Positions 1 through 9,276 of a DNA stretch of 38,636 nucleotides are shown piece by piece. A program made the position numbers and the translations under genes. The first letter of the stretch is position 1, and each line of letters opens with the position of its first letter. A model generated the notes under the pieces. That model had not been told where the DNA came from, did not search any database, and saw only the letters and a program-made list of their open reading frames with translations. The stretch is from Candidatus Sumerlaeales bacterium (GTDB taxonomy: Bacteria > Sumerlaeota > Sumerlaeia > Sumerlaeales > Sumerlaeaceae): positions 1 to 38,636 of the forward strand of contig JBBSQY010000031.1 of assembly GCA_038243585.1 (NCBI GenBank), written 5' to 3'.

Positions 1-2
1 CA

Positions 3-500
3 ATGAGTGGTCAGCCGGAATATCGTTTTGGAATCGGGTTCGATGTTCACCAATTGGTAGAGGGGCGTCCCCTTATTTTAGGCGGGATTTCCATACCGCA
101 TGATCGAGGTCTGGACGGCCATTCAGACGCTGATGCGCTGCTCCATGCGCTTACCGATGCCATACTGGGAGCCGTTGCCGAAGGAGATATTGGCCAGCAC
201 TTCTCCAACAGCGATGCGCGCTGGAAAGACTGTGACAGTGGCGTTTTTGTGCAGGAAGCAATACGCTTGGCCGCCCTGCGTGGTTACCGGATCGGAAATG
301 TTGACGCTATCATAATGGCGGAACAGCCAAAAATGGCACCTGTTATACCCGAGATGAGACGACGGGTGGCCGAACTACTGCAAGTAGATGTGTCCCTTGT
401 TGGTATAAAAGCCGGCACTATGGAACGAATGGGGTTTGTTGGCAGGGAAGAAGGAATAGCCTGCCAGGTCGTCGTAGGTCTGGTTCGAAACGATTTGTAA
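3..500 (+). CDS. ispF: 2-C-methyl-D-erythritol 2,4-cyclodiphosphate synthase
   Basis: Signature motifs GIGFDVHQL, GHSDADALLHALTDAILGA, GDIGQHF and GFVGREEGIA; typical length. Confidence 0.96.
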   Translation: MSGQPEYRFGIGFDVHQLVEGRPLILGGISIPHDRGLDGHSDADALLHALTDAILGAVAEGDIGQHFSNSDARWKDCDSGVFVQEAIRLAALRGYRIGNVDAIIMAEQPKMAPVIPEMRRRVAELLQVDVSLVGIKAGTMERMGFVGREEGIACQVVVGLVRNDL

Positions 501-767
501 GGTAGTCAGGCAAACCTTACGAGTCAGAAGTGAGCTCGCCTCACCTGTCCGACACTCCTTCGCAGACCATCTTGATAATTTGACGTAGGTTCAACGAATC
601 GAAAAACCGGGCCAGTCCAGCCATACCACTTTTTTGTTGCCTTGACGAGTTGGTATTAGACACCTTGTAACCTTATAAATATAAACATCCAAAGCAGCGT
701 TTAAAAGGCAATGAACAAGTCGTCACGCGTATAACGATGAACACAAAGTTTTTGGAGATTTTTTTCT

Positions 768-1655
768 ATGACGACAACTCCCGGCATAATCGCCCATTTC
801 ACGTCCATAGCCATAGCAGCAATTATCTGTATTGGCGGAGCCGCTTATGCACAAGCCCCTGAGGCCGATGAAGACATCGATTTGGGTGCAAAAACCTTTG
901 TGCAAAATTGCATACGTTGTCACGGCGGCATACTCACGGGGAATGACCTCATGAACACAAGCCTGAGTTCGATAGAAAACCTCACAGAGACCGTCCACCG
1001 TATGCAGGAATTTACCGCTCCAATGTCCGAAGAGCAAATTGTCTCCCTGGTCGAGTTGCTCAAGGATAAAGAGGTCCAGTTTCGTGTAGAAGAGGCTCAG
1101 CTGGAATACGAAGAAGTGCCCGCAGGGTCCGGCACAACTGCTCCGGGGCAGGCCGCTGCCGTCCCGGTTGATTCTACCGCTGCGCTATTTATTAAAAACT
1201 GTGCCACATGCCACACCATAGGCCCCGGCAGCTCCAGCGGTGGCGATCTCACCCTTACTATCTCTCAGCCTGAAGCCGTAGTGAAGGCCAACGTCACCAG
1301 GATGCAAGTGCGCACCGGACCGATGACCACTGACCAGATTGATCAGCTCACCGCGTTATTAAAGGATCAAAACAGAAACACCCGTCTCGTCTCCGCTGGA
1401 TACAAACCGCCAGTGGTAGCGACACCACCTTTAACTCCGCCCCCTGCATCCACACCGCCACCGACCCAGCCCATCATTGCCACGAATTCCACGAACATAA
1501 ACCACCCCTCCAGCCAACGTGTTCTGAGAGTCTCAAGTGACCAAGCGTCTGAACGCAGCCACGGCATACCAATGAAAACCATGGTCATAGCACTGGGTTT
1601 GGGGGCTTTGGTGGTAGTAGCCGGATTCCTGCTGGCAGCTAAAGACAAAGACTAG
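768..1655 (+). CDS. Diheme c-type cytochrome with signal peptide, Pro/Thr linker and C-terminal membrane anchor
   Basis: Two CxxCH motifs (CIRCH, CATCH) in two similar domains, each followed by RMQ (candidate axial Met). N-terminal signal ends AYA-Q; hydrophobic C-terminal helix then KDKD; GGAG upstream. Confidence 0.85.
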   Translation: MTTTPGIIAHFTSIAIAAIICIGGAAYAQAPEADEDIDLGAKTFVQNCIRCHGGILTGNDLMNTSLSSIENLTETVHRMQEFTAPMSEEQIVSLVELLKDKEVQFRVEEAQLEYEEVPAGSGTTAPGQAAAVPVDSTAALFIKNCATCHTIGPGSSSGGDLTLTISQPEAVVKANVTRMQVRTGPMTTDQIDQLTALLKDQNRNTRLVSAGYKPPVVATPPLTPPPASTPPPTQPIIATNSTNINHPSSQRVLRVSSDQASERSHGIPMKTMVIALGLGALVVVAGFLLAAKDKD

Positions 1656-1984
1656 GTAATAATTTTTGTTACGTGCGTCAATCGCACGGCATTTTACGTC
1701 AACTCAACCATCCCAAGGCCACAACGGTCCTCGCAGGGTCGACATCATATAAAATATCTGGATCTTACACCACTTGGCGCACCAGGTAATTCCGAATGCT
1801 GTACGACGAGATTTCTTCGGCCTATATCGGCCATTGTAACGCGATAGTGTGTCTACACCAACTCTACTCTCGATGCGATTACCCGAAACAAGCTCTGCAT
1901 TTTTACTTGTGTTTTAAAAGCATAGGCTTTTAATTGCTTATCGACTTTTGATTTCACTCCAGCCAAAGTACAGAGATTCCCACA

Positions 1985-4732
1985 ATGCGAAAGCAGCACG
2001 TAACCGGCTCCGTCGGATTTCCCGGATATATTAAACCGACTCTACTCCTTGTTTTTCTGTCGTTCGCGGGCCTACAATCCGCAACGTCCCAGCCAGCCTT
2101 CACTTGGGTCGGAGGCTCGGGTTCCGGCGGAGAAGACATGGCGAACACCGTTGGTAATTATGGTTCTATTGGAATTCCGTCTGTCGAAAATTCTCCGGGA
2201 GCTCGTCAGTCGGCCGCTACCTGGACTGATCCATCTGGCAATTACTGGCTCTACGGCGGTTATTGCAACACGGAATTCCGCACCGGGCTTCTCAGCGATA
2301 TGTGGAAGTTTAGCCCCGTCACAAAAGAATGGACATGGGTTAGTGGCAGCCGTGACCTGAATCATCCCACCACCTTTACGGCCGTCGGTAGTTTCGATCC
2401 AATGAACACCCCTGGCGCACGGCTGGATGCCTCCGCCTGGGTAAGTGCTGATGGCGACCTGTGGCTTTTCGGCGGCAAGAGTACGCGAGCTCACGATAAT
2501 CAGGGGATTGAGGCAGGGCTATGGAAGTACGATACAGATTTAAACGAGTGGGCGCTTATTCGGGAAGAAGAACCTGATGGTGTCGGAGTTTATGGTATTA
2601 AAGGCACCGCCGATGCTTTAAATGCACCTGGCGCCCGCTTGGGGGCGGCTTCCTGGGTTGATAACGGGGGTAATTTCTGGCTTATGGGAGGCTACGGTAA
2701 AACCGTTGATCCTAGACTTAATGAGCCTGCCCTAGGGGAAATGAACGATCTCTGGCGCTATAATCTGGTAAACGGCGAATGGACATGGATGAAAGGCAGC
2801 AATCAGCGCTACTCGGCTGGAACTTACGGCACTAAGGGCACGGCAAATGCAGATAATACTCCTCCTGCCCTTAATTACGCAACGACTTGGGTAGATGACG
2901 AGGGGAATTTGTGGCTACTGGGCGGAAACTTTTCTGGTATCATTTTTTATTTTAACGCCATGTGGAAATACAGTGTTGTAAACAACACGTGGACGTGGGT
3001 CTCTGGCGACACTATCAGCGGTCAGCCGGGTACTTATGGGGCTAAAAATGTTTTCTCCGCCGCCAATACCCCCGGCGGTCGCTCTACTGGTACCGCCTGG
3101 ACAGACAATGATGGTATACTCTGGATGTTTAGCGGTTTTGGCGTTGGCTCGACCGCCGGCCAGACCGGCGCACTTAATGACCTGTGGAAGTTTGATCCAG
3201 CTATAGCGCAATGGGCTTGGGCTGGGGGATCTGGTGATAGATGGGTGGCCGGGGTATATGGTCAATCAGGAATTCTGGCACCAAGTAACCTCCCAGGCGG
3301 ACGCCGGTACAGCGCCTCTTGGACTGATCTCTCTGGCAACTTGTGGATGTATGGCGGCTTCGGATTTAATGCTCATAGTGAAGTCATGCTCAATGATTTT
3401 TGGAAGTACGATAAAGCATCCGGTAACTGGAGCTGGCTCAGCGGAAATGATTACCCTGCGCGCTATGGCCGATATGGAATTCCTTTGGTACCCGCCCCAT
3501 CAAACAGACCCGGCACCCGATCGAACAGCGCAATCTGGTGTGATGCAAATGATAACCTGTGGTTGTTTGGCGGAAAAGGGTACGGCGGCGTAGGTGAGAC
3601 CGGCCCATTGAATGATATGTGGAAATACGTTCCCTCTACTGGGACTTGGATGTACGCAAAAGGTGAATTTTTCCCGAACCATCAAGGGGTGTATGGAATA
3701 CAGGGACAGATTGATAACAGCAATACCCCCAGTGCACGAGAAGGATCTGCATATTGGGCAGATTCATCTGACAAATTCTGGCTGTTTGGCGGCAATGGAG
3801 TTAAAGGTCTGTCCAACGACCTGTGGTATTTTAACCCCCTTTTAAACGCATGGGAATGGGTCAAGGGTGACGAGCAGGGAGGAATGATTGGAAGGTATGG
3901 TAGTATCGGTACGCATTCCGCAACCCATAATCCAGGGTCACGCACAGATGCCGTTTGCTGGACCGACAATGACGGCGACCTATGGCTGTTCGGCGGATAT
4001 GGTAACTCCGGCCAGCCGGATTCGGTGGGAATGTTAAATGACCTTTGGAAATTCGACCTGACGACAAAGCTATGGACGTGGATTAATGGCAGCAACGAAA
4101 TCAACGCGCCCGGATCCTATGGCATTCAACGTGTCTCAAGTCCTGGTAATAAACCAAGTGCACGGTCTAAAGCTGTGGCCTGGAAAGATGATGCAGGGGA
4201 CTTTTGGATGTTCGGTGGCAATACGACTTCCGGAATGTTAAATGACGTTTGGAAATACCAGGTGGCAATCGGTGAATGGGTCTGGATGCACGGAGAGTCG
4301 CTTACGGGCTCGCCTGCGGCATATGGCATTAAAGATGTTGCGTCTCCCCTGAATACGCCGGGTGCCAGGTCGTCCGCGGCGGGATGGAAAGATGACGCCG
4401 GCACTTTCTGGCTTCTAGGCGGCAAGTCAGGTGATAACCGCCTTAATGACTTATGGAAATATTCGGCCACGGAAAATCAATGGACATGGGTGGAAGGCCG
4501 TAACATTCCGAATCAAACAGGAATTTATGGTACCCAGGGTCTCAGGCTGGCCGGCGGCATCCCCGGGGCAAGAGAAGATTCCGCTGTAACCAGGGATAAT
4601 CGAGGTCGATTTTGGCTATTTGGAGGTTACGGTCTCGATCAAAGACCAACAATATCCCGCCTTCAGGGCGACCTTTGGTTACTTGAGATAGATCCACATA
4701 CGGCAGCGACATCGTGGGAGCTATACGAGTAA
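1985..4732 (+). CDS. Secreted Kelch-repeat (galactose-oxidase-like beta-propeller) protein
   Basis: Twelve repeats of PGAR..A.W.D..G.LWLFGG....LNDLWKY......WTW..G; N-terminal hydrophobic signal; C-terminus TAATSWELYE. Confidence 0.88.
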   Translation: MRKQHVTGSVGFPGYIKPTLLLVFLSFAGLQSATSQPAFTWVGGSGSGGEDMANTVGNYGSIGIPSVENSPGARQSAATWTDPSGNYWLYGGYCNTEFRTGLLSDMWKFSPVTKEWTWVSGSRDLNHPTTFTAVGSFDPMNTPGARLDASAWVSADGDLWLFGGKSTRAHDNQGIEAGLWKYDTDLNEWALIREEEPDGVGVYGIKGTADALNAPGARLGAASWVDNGGNFWLMGGYGKTVDPRLNEPALGEMNDLWRYNLVNGEWTWMKGSNQRYSAGTYGTKGTANADNTPPALNYATTWVDDEGNLWLLGGNFSGIIFYFNAMWKYSVVNNTWTWVSGDTISGQPGTYGAKNVFSAANTPGGRSTGTAWTDNDGILWMFSGFGVGSTAGQTGALNDLWKFDPAIAQWAWAGGSGDRWVAGVYGQSGILAPSNLPGGRRYSASWTDLSGNLWMYGGFGFNAHSEVMLNDFWKYDKASGNWSWLSGNDYPARYGRYGIPLVPAPSNRPGTRSNSAIWCDANDNLWLFGGKGYGGVGETGPLNDMWKYVPSTGTWMYAKGEFFPNHQGVYGIQGQIDNSNTPSAREGSAYWADSSDKFWLFGGNGVKGLSNDLWYFNPLLNAWEWVKGDEQGGMIGRYGSIGTHSATHNPGSRTDAVCWTDNDGDLWLFGGYGNSGQPDSVGMLNDLWKFDLTTKLWTWINGSNEINAPGSYGIQRVSSPGNKPSARSKAVAWKDDAGDFWMFGGNTTSGMLNDVWKYQVAIGEWVWMHGESLTGSPAAYGIKDVASPLNTPGARSSAAGWKDDAGTFWLLGGKSGDNRLNDLWKYSATENQWTWVEGRNIPNQTGIYGTQGLRLAGGIPGAREDSAVTRDNRGRFWLFGGYGLDQRPTISRLQGDLWLLEIDPHTAATSWELYE

Positions 4733-4787
4733 AGTAACAATTACCCGAAATCTGTTCTACGCTAAAGACCACCCCGCCAGGGTAGTT

Positions 4788-5774
4788 TTACCCTGCCGCC
4801 GCTCTAGCTGCTTTTGTAGCATCCCGTTTTTCGAGCATTCTGATTACAGTAACGCTGCCCTCATAAAGAATCAGCAGAGGGATCAGCATGAGAATCATGC
4901 TGAATGGGTCGGGGGACGGGGTCGCTACGGCGGCGATTACGGCCATGGCTACTAAGGCTATTTTCCTGCGTTTTATAAGCATCGGAGAGTTTACTACGCC
5001 AAGACGCGAGAGCAGTACCAGCACCAGCGGAAATTCGAACACCAGCCCGAACATAAACATCATAATGAGGATGAAGCTGAGGTATCGGGAAGCTACCAGG
5101 TTTGGTTCAAGAAAAGGTATGCTGTCGCCAAAAGCGAGCAGAGCCTTCAGAATAATCTGCGATATAGCGTATGCAAAGCCGGCGCCCATGGGGAACAGCA
5201 ATACAGATGCTGCTAGTAACGGCCCAACCATTCCGCGTTCTGACCGGAGAAGACCGGGGGATATGAAAAGCCAGAACTGATAGACAAACATGGGTATCGT
5301 GACGACAGCGCTCAGGAGCAGTGCCCCTTGGATCCACAAGAAAAATGGCTCGAGGGGCGTAAGATACGTAAGCCGGGCCTGGGTTTTTGAACCAATTTCT
5401 ATTGGTTTCGGCACACCTTCGATAAAGATGCGCAAAGAATCGGGAGCAAGCGTGGCGACTGCGGCTGTGGTGGCAAGGGTCGTTGCGGCGGTCAGCGTCG
5501 TTGCAAGATCTGTGGGCGGCGCGACAGCCCAGCCGCTCACTTCGCCGGTTTTGGCAAGGTACAGGGTGAGGATACCGTTCTGCTGGTCGCGGGGCAGCGT
5601 TATCAAAGGCTGCATCAGAAATGAAACAACTAACGGGGCGAAAAACATAAATGAGACAAGGAACGTTCCGGCAAACCAGGCTACGCAGATGATAATGCGA
5701 ACCCGTAGTTCCTGCAGGTGATCCGTAAAAGAGAGAATTGAGCCTTCGGCAGGCTCCGCGTGTTCGTCGGTCAT
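4788..5774 (-). CDS. tatC: Twin-arginine translocase subunit TatC
   Basis: Motifs SFTDHLQELRVRI, YQFWLFISPGL, FEFPLV and TPSPDPFSM....PL..LYE; multiple TM helices; downstream of tatA. Confidence 0.95.
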   Translation of the reverse strand: MTDEHAEPAEGSILSFTDHLQELRVRIIICVAWFAGTFLVSFMFFAPLVVSFLMQPLITLPRDQQNGILTLYLAKTGEVSGWAVAPPTDLATTLTAATTLATTAAVATLAPDSLRIFIEGVPKPIEIGSKTQARLTYLTPLEPFFLWIQGALLLSAVVTIPMFVYQFWLFISPGLLRSERGMVGPLLAASVLLFPMGAGFAYAISQIILKALLAFGDSIPFLEPNLVASRYLSFILIMMFMFGLVFEFPLVLVLLSRLGVVNSPMLIKRRKIALVAMAVIAAVATPSPDPFSMILMLIPLLILYEGSVTVIRMLEKRDATKAARAAAG

Positions 5775-5810
5775 GGGATCAAATCAGAAATGGTATGATG
5801 GCAATAGCAA

Positions 5811-5842
5811 TGGGGAAAGCGCGATAAATTGCGCTTTCCCCA
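5811..5842. terminator. Strong stem-loop between tatA and tatC (partial terminator or mRNA stabiliser)
   Basis: Perfect 12-bp inverted repeat tggggaaagcgc / gcgctttcccca with an 8-nt loop. Confidence 0.6.
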
Positions 5843-5867
5843 ATTTTTAAAACGGATGTCTAATGGA

Positions 5868-6122
5868 TCAGACGTTATGTTCGGTATTGTGGGTTTCGGT
5901 TGTTGAGGTGGCATCCATCGGTGGTGCCTGAGCAACGCGCGGCGAAGGTTTAGGTGCTGGCTCGTCGTCATTCATATCTGTAAAACCTTTGGCTGCATCC
6001 TTGAATTCGCGGATACCTTTTCCTAAAGCCTGGCCGATTTTGGGCAAACTTTTAGGACCAAAGATAATAAGGACAATAACAAACAGGATGGTCATTTCCA
6101 ACCAGCCTACGTTCGGTAGCAT
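5868..6122 (-). CDS. tatA: Twin-arginine translocase subunit TatA/E
   Basis: GWLE..IL....LIIFGPKSLPKIGQALGKGIREFK; GAGG SD upstream on the minus strand. Confidence 0.95.
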   Translation of the reverse strand: MLPNVGWLEMTILFVIVLIIFGPKSLPKIGQALGKGIREFKDAAKGFTDMNDDEPAPKPSPRVAQAPPMDATSTTETHNTEHNV

Positions 6123-6212
6123 AATCGAATACCTCTGTAGTTTTCTAATTTAGGATTAACGGTTTAGCTGTAGCCTATTCAAGCGCAACAAATGACAAAG
6201 CCCGGAGACCAG

Positions 6213-7034
6213 ATGTCTACATTTGAAACCCTCACAACCGGATTGACCGAAGCCGGTGAAATATTAATAAAACATTTTGGAAAAATAGAGAAATTTGATC
6301 GGAAATCCGACATCGATCTCGTGACAGCCGCGGATCGTGAAGCTGAAGAATTAATCAAGAGAATCATTAGCGCAGCTCACCCTGATCACGAGATACTGGC
6401 AGAGGAGTCTGGGTTAACTAAAGGCAGCGGCACCGGCACCCGTTGGCTTGTGGATCCAATTGACGGCACGACAAATTTCGCCCACGGTTTCCCTATTTTT
6501 GCTGTCTCCATCGCCGTAGAAAAAGACGGGGAGATCATCCAGGCCGGGGTTTATAATCCTGTCTTAAAAGAAATGTTTTTGGCCGAAAAGGGTGCCGGCG
6601 CTCGCCTGAACGACCGTGCACTGCAGGTCTCCAAAATCGATACCCTGCGAGATTCCCTGATCATCAGCGGTTTTCCTTACGACCGCCGCGAGCGGGTGCT
6701 TCATTATCTAAAGGGCTGGGAACTGATGCTTTGTAAGGCCCAGGGCATGCTGCGGCTTGGCAGCGCAGCCTTGGATCTCTGCTTCGTGGCGGCGGGTCGG
6801 GCCGAGGGTTTTTGGGAGGAAAGCCTGCAACCGTGGGACACAGCGGCTGGCTTCCTCATACTGGAAGAGGCAGGCGGCCGGGTGACCGATTTTTCTGATC
6901 AACGATTCAGCCCGTATATGAAGCAGGTCCTCGGCACCAACCGCTTAGTGCATCAAGCAGTTCTTGAGGTTTTACATGAGCGGCAAACTTGGACAGACGC
7001 TACCATCAGCCCAGCAATTACAGGCCAGGACTAA
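6213..7034 (+). CDS. suhB: Inositol monophosphatase family protein (SuhB-like)
   Basis: Motifs DLVTAAD, ILAEESG, WLVDPIDGTTNFAHG, GSAALDLC and PWDTAAG. Start set at ATG 6213 (GGAG upstream); 6192 is also possible. Confidence 0.9.
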   Translation: MSTFETLTTGLTEAGEILIKHFGKIEKFDRKSDIDLVTAADREAEELIKRIISAAHPDHEILAEESGLTKGSGTGTRWLVDPIDGTTNFAHGFPIFAVSIAVEKDGEIIQAGVYNPVLKEMFLAEKGAGARLNDRALQVSKIDTLRDSLIISGFPYDRRERVLHYLKGWELMLCKAQGMLRLGSAALDLCFVAAGRAEGFWEESLQPWDTAAGFLILEEAGGRVTDFSDQRFSPYMKQVLGTNRLVHQAVLEVLHERQTWTDATISPAITGQD

Positions 7035-7075
7035 CGTTGACGAATTACCGGCTGGCATGGCTTGTTTCAAGGGGC

Positions 7076-8011
7076 ATGATTTCGATGATGCTACGTATTT
7101 GTTTTATGGGGGTATGGGTGGCGCTGTGCGTTTGCACCGCATCAGCGCAGGGGCTGCTGGGAAAGAACGAGCCTCCGACTGCGGCTTACACACAGCCTGC
7201 GGAAAATCTTATCCTCATCATTGCCGACATTCAGCGACACCTGAACGACGATGTTTATCGTTTCCCGTACGCGCAGGATGTGAACGGTCAAAACGTTTTC
7301 AGGGCCGCAATTGTTCAGCTGGCCAATTATGAAAAATTGTATCCGGAACGAAATTCAGACATCGTAGCCCTTGGCAGAGCGCAGGCATTTGAACGTCTGT
7401 GCGCTTTTCAGGAAGCCGGACTTAATTATGAAAAAGCAAAAAAAACATCAGATCCAGCGCTGAAGAAACTGGCACAGCAGGGCTTTGATCGCTCAGAAGA
7501 GTTTTCAGGCGTGGTAGACCGTATCCTGGATCAATCGTCTCTCCGATCCTTTGAAGACGCAATGGCGCTGCAAATTGCCGATATGAGTAAACTGGCAGAC
7601 AAATACAATAATACATCCCACCACTGCCTGGCCCTGCTGGGGCGAGAGCGGGTTCAGATGCACCTAGCAGAGTTTTACTCGATGTTTCGATTTATGAAAC
7701 CCTACACAACCGACATGGCGCTGGACCAGATTAAAAAAAATCTTAAGGGCAACAATAACAGTAAATTACTGTATACTCATCACCTGATGCTGGCCACCCT
7801 GAACTATGAGCTGGCCCGGGAATATACGGTGTTGCATGATCCTGAAGGTCCGGATTTTAATTACAAGGATTTCGAAAATTTCGCCAATCCTGCACGATCG
7901 GAACTGGCCATTGTGGAACAGGCCGATGGCTATGCCGAAAAACAGGAAGGTCGAGCGCTACTGACCGCCTTGGAAGCATTTATTGAGCGGATAAGAGACA
8001 GGGCCCAGTGA
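7076..8011 (+). CDS. Hypothetical secreted alpha-helical (TPR-like) protein
   Basis: Long ORF; signal peptide ends ASA-Q; TPR-like segment ALGRAQAFERLCAFQEAGLNYEKA. Start moved to ATG 7076 to avoid overlap with suhB. Confidence 0.7.
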   Translation: MISMMLRICFMGVWVALCVCTASAQGLLGKNEPPTAAYTQPAENLILIIADIQRHLNDDVYRFPYAQDVNGQNVFRAAIVQLANYEKLYPERNSDIVALGRAQAFERLCAFQEAGLNYEKAKKTSDPALKKLAQQGFDRSEEFSGVVDRILDQSSLRSFEDAMALQIADMSKLADKYNNTSHHCLALLGRERVQMHLAEFYSMFRFMKPYTTDMALDQIKKNLKGNNNSKLLYTHHLMLATLNYELAREYTVLHDPEGPDFNYKDFENFANPARSELAIVEQADGYAEKQEGRALLTALEAFIERIRDRAQ

Positions 8012-8036
8012 TGATGAAACGAAGGATCTATTGTTT

Positions 8037-8930
8037 ATGAGTGTCAGCGGTGAAACTGTCTACGAGTCCCACCTCAACCTTCCCTTGAAGGCCCGAGGAA
8101 AAGTCCGCGACATATATGATACGCCCGAGGGAATTCTCCTTGTCGCCTCAGATCGCCTCAGCGCGTTTGACGTCGTGTTTGGCGATCCCATTCCTCGCAA
8201 AGGCGAAGTTCTCAATCGACTCAGTGCCTACTGGTTTGAGCAGACCAGACACATCGTTTCCAATCATCTGATAACGTCGGACAGCAAAGCCATACCTGCA
8301 GTCGCCGCCATGCCGGACATGAAAGGCCGATGCAGCTTATGCGTTAAGGCGAAGCCGTTCCCGGTGGAATGTGTGGTCCGGGGTTACCTCGAAGGCAGCG
8401 CTTGGAATGACTATCTCGCCAGTGGTGCCGTGGGCGGAATATCGCTTCCGACCGGATTATCCAGACGCGAGCGCCTGCCAGCCCCGTTGTTTACCCCTAG
8501 CACCAAGGCAGAAGAAGGCCACGATGAACCCATCGATTTTGAAACTGTGGTTACCCTGGTAGGGGAGGATGCCGCTCTCAGATTGCGAACCATCAGCGTA
8601 GAACTTTTTAAGTTCGCCCACGATAAATTGCTGCCGATGGGCATTGTGCTGTCAGATACGAAATTTGAATTTGGAATAGCAGAGAACGGTGAAATCATCC
8701 TGATAGATGAAGCCCTGACGCCGGATTCCAGCCGATTCTGGGAGGCCGACACCTACACGCCTGAAGGAAATGCCCGCAGCTTTGACAAACAATATGTTCG
8801 CGATTACGTAGAACAACTAGGTTGGAACAAAAAGCCGCCAGCGCCAAAACTGCCAGCGGAAATTATCAACGGTATGACTAAGAGATACGTGGAAATATAC
8901 AGCCTTATTACAGGAACTGAGTTAGATTAG
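8037..8930 (+). CDS. purC: Phosphoribosylaminoimidazolesuccinocarboxamide (SAICAR) synthase
   Basis: Motifs RGKVRDIY, SDRLSAFDVV, PVECVVRGYL.GS, DTKFEFG, DEALTPDSSRFW and FDKQYVRDY. Confidence 0.97.
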   Translation: MSVSGETVYESHLNLPLKARGKVRDIYDTPEGILLVASDRLSAFDVVFGDPIPRKGEVLNRLSAYWFEQTRHIVSNHLITSDSKAIPAVAAMPDMKGRCSLCVKAKPFPVECVVRGYLEGSAWNDYLASGAVGGISLPTGLSRRERLPAPLFTPSTKAEEGHDEPIDFETVVTLVGEDAALRLRTISVELFKFAHDKLLPMGIVLSDTKFEFGIAENGEIILIDEALTPDSSRFWEADTYTPEGNARSFDKQYVRDYVEQLGWNKKPPAPKLPAEIINGMTKRYVEIYSLITGTELD

Positions 8931-9012
8931 CATTACGACATCGCCAAAGATATGACGCAACAAGGAAACTAAAGCACGATGAGACGCGAATGTCGTCTCA
9001 GAAAAGACGGAA

Positions 9013-9276
9013 ATGATTAAAGCAAGGGTAGTAGTATTTTTAAAAGCCGACGTAATGGATCCGCAGGGTGTGGCAGTCGGACAGGCCTTGGACAGTCTGG
9101 GTCATCGCGGCGTAAAAAAGGTGCGCGTCGGTCGCGCTTTCGATCTGGATATTGAAGGACACGATGTCACGCACGCAGAATCTGAGGTGCGGCAAATGTG
9201 TGAGAGCCTGCTGGCCAATATGGTTATCGAGAAATATGAGATAACCATGGAACACGCCGAAGGCTGCGCAAGATGA
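9013..9276 (+). CDS. purS: FGAM synthase subunit PurS
   Basis: Motifs DPQG.AV..AL, VRVG and [14 protein letters not shown]; 87 aa; overlaps the purQ start (ATGA). Confidence 0.95.
   Translation: MIKARVVVFLKADVMDPQGVAVGQALDSLGHRGVKKVRVGRAFDLDIEGHDVTHAESEVRQMCESLLANMVIEKYEITMEHAEGCAR

Noticed and set aside
497..540. c-di-GMP-I riboswitch suggested by GGCAAACC
   Set aside because: The GAAA-loop/GACGCAAA partner and P2 are missing; it is just a 7-bp hairpin gtaaggt/accttac over the ispF stop.
1985..2090. Kelch protein as a substrate of the adjacent Tat system
   Set aside because: No twin-arginine motif; the signal looks Sec-type and the genes are convergent.
6989..7075. Long overlap of the hypothetical ORF with suhB
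   Set aside because: Artefact of an upstream TTG; the signal peptide begins near ATG 7076-7088.
8980..9000. Hairpin tgagacg/cgtctca between purC and purS as a purine/ZTP riboswitch
   Set aside because: A single short stem in an 82-nt gap with no aptamer consensus.
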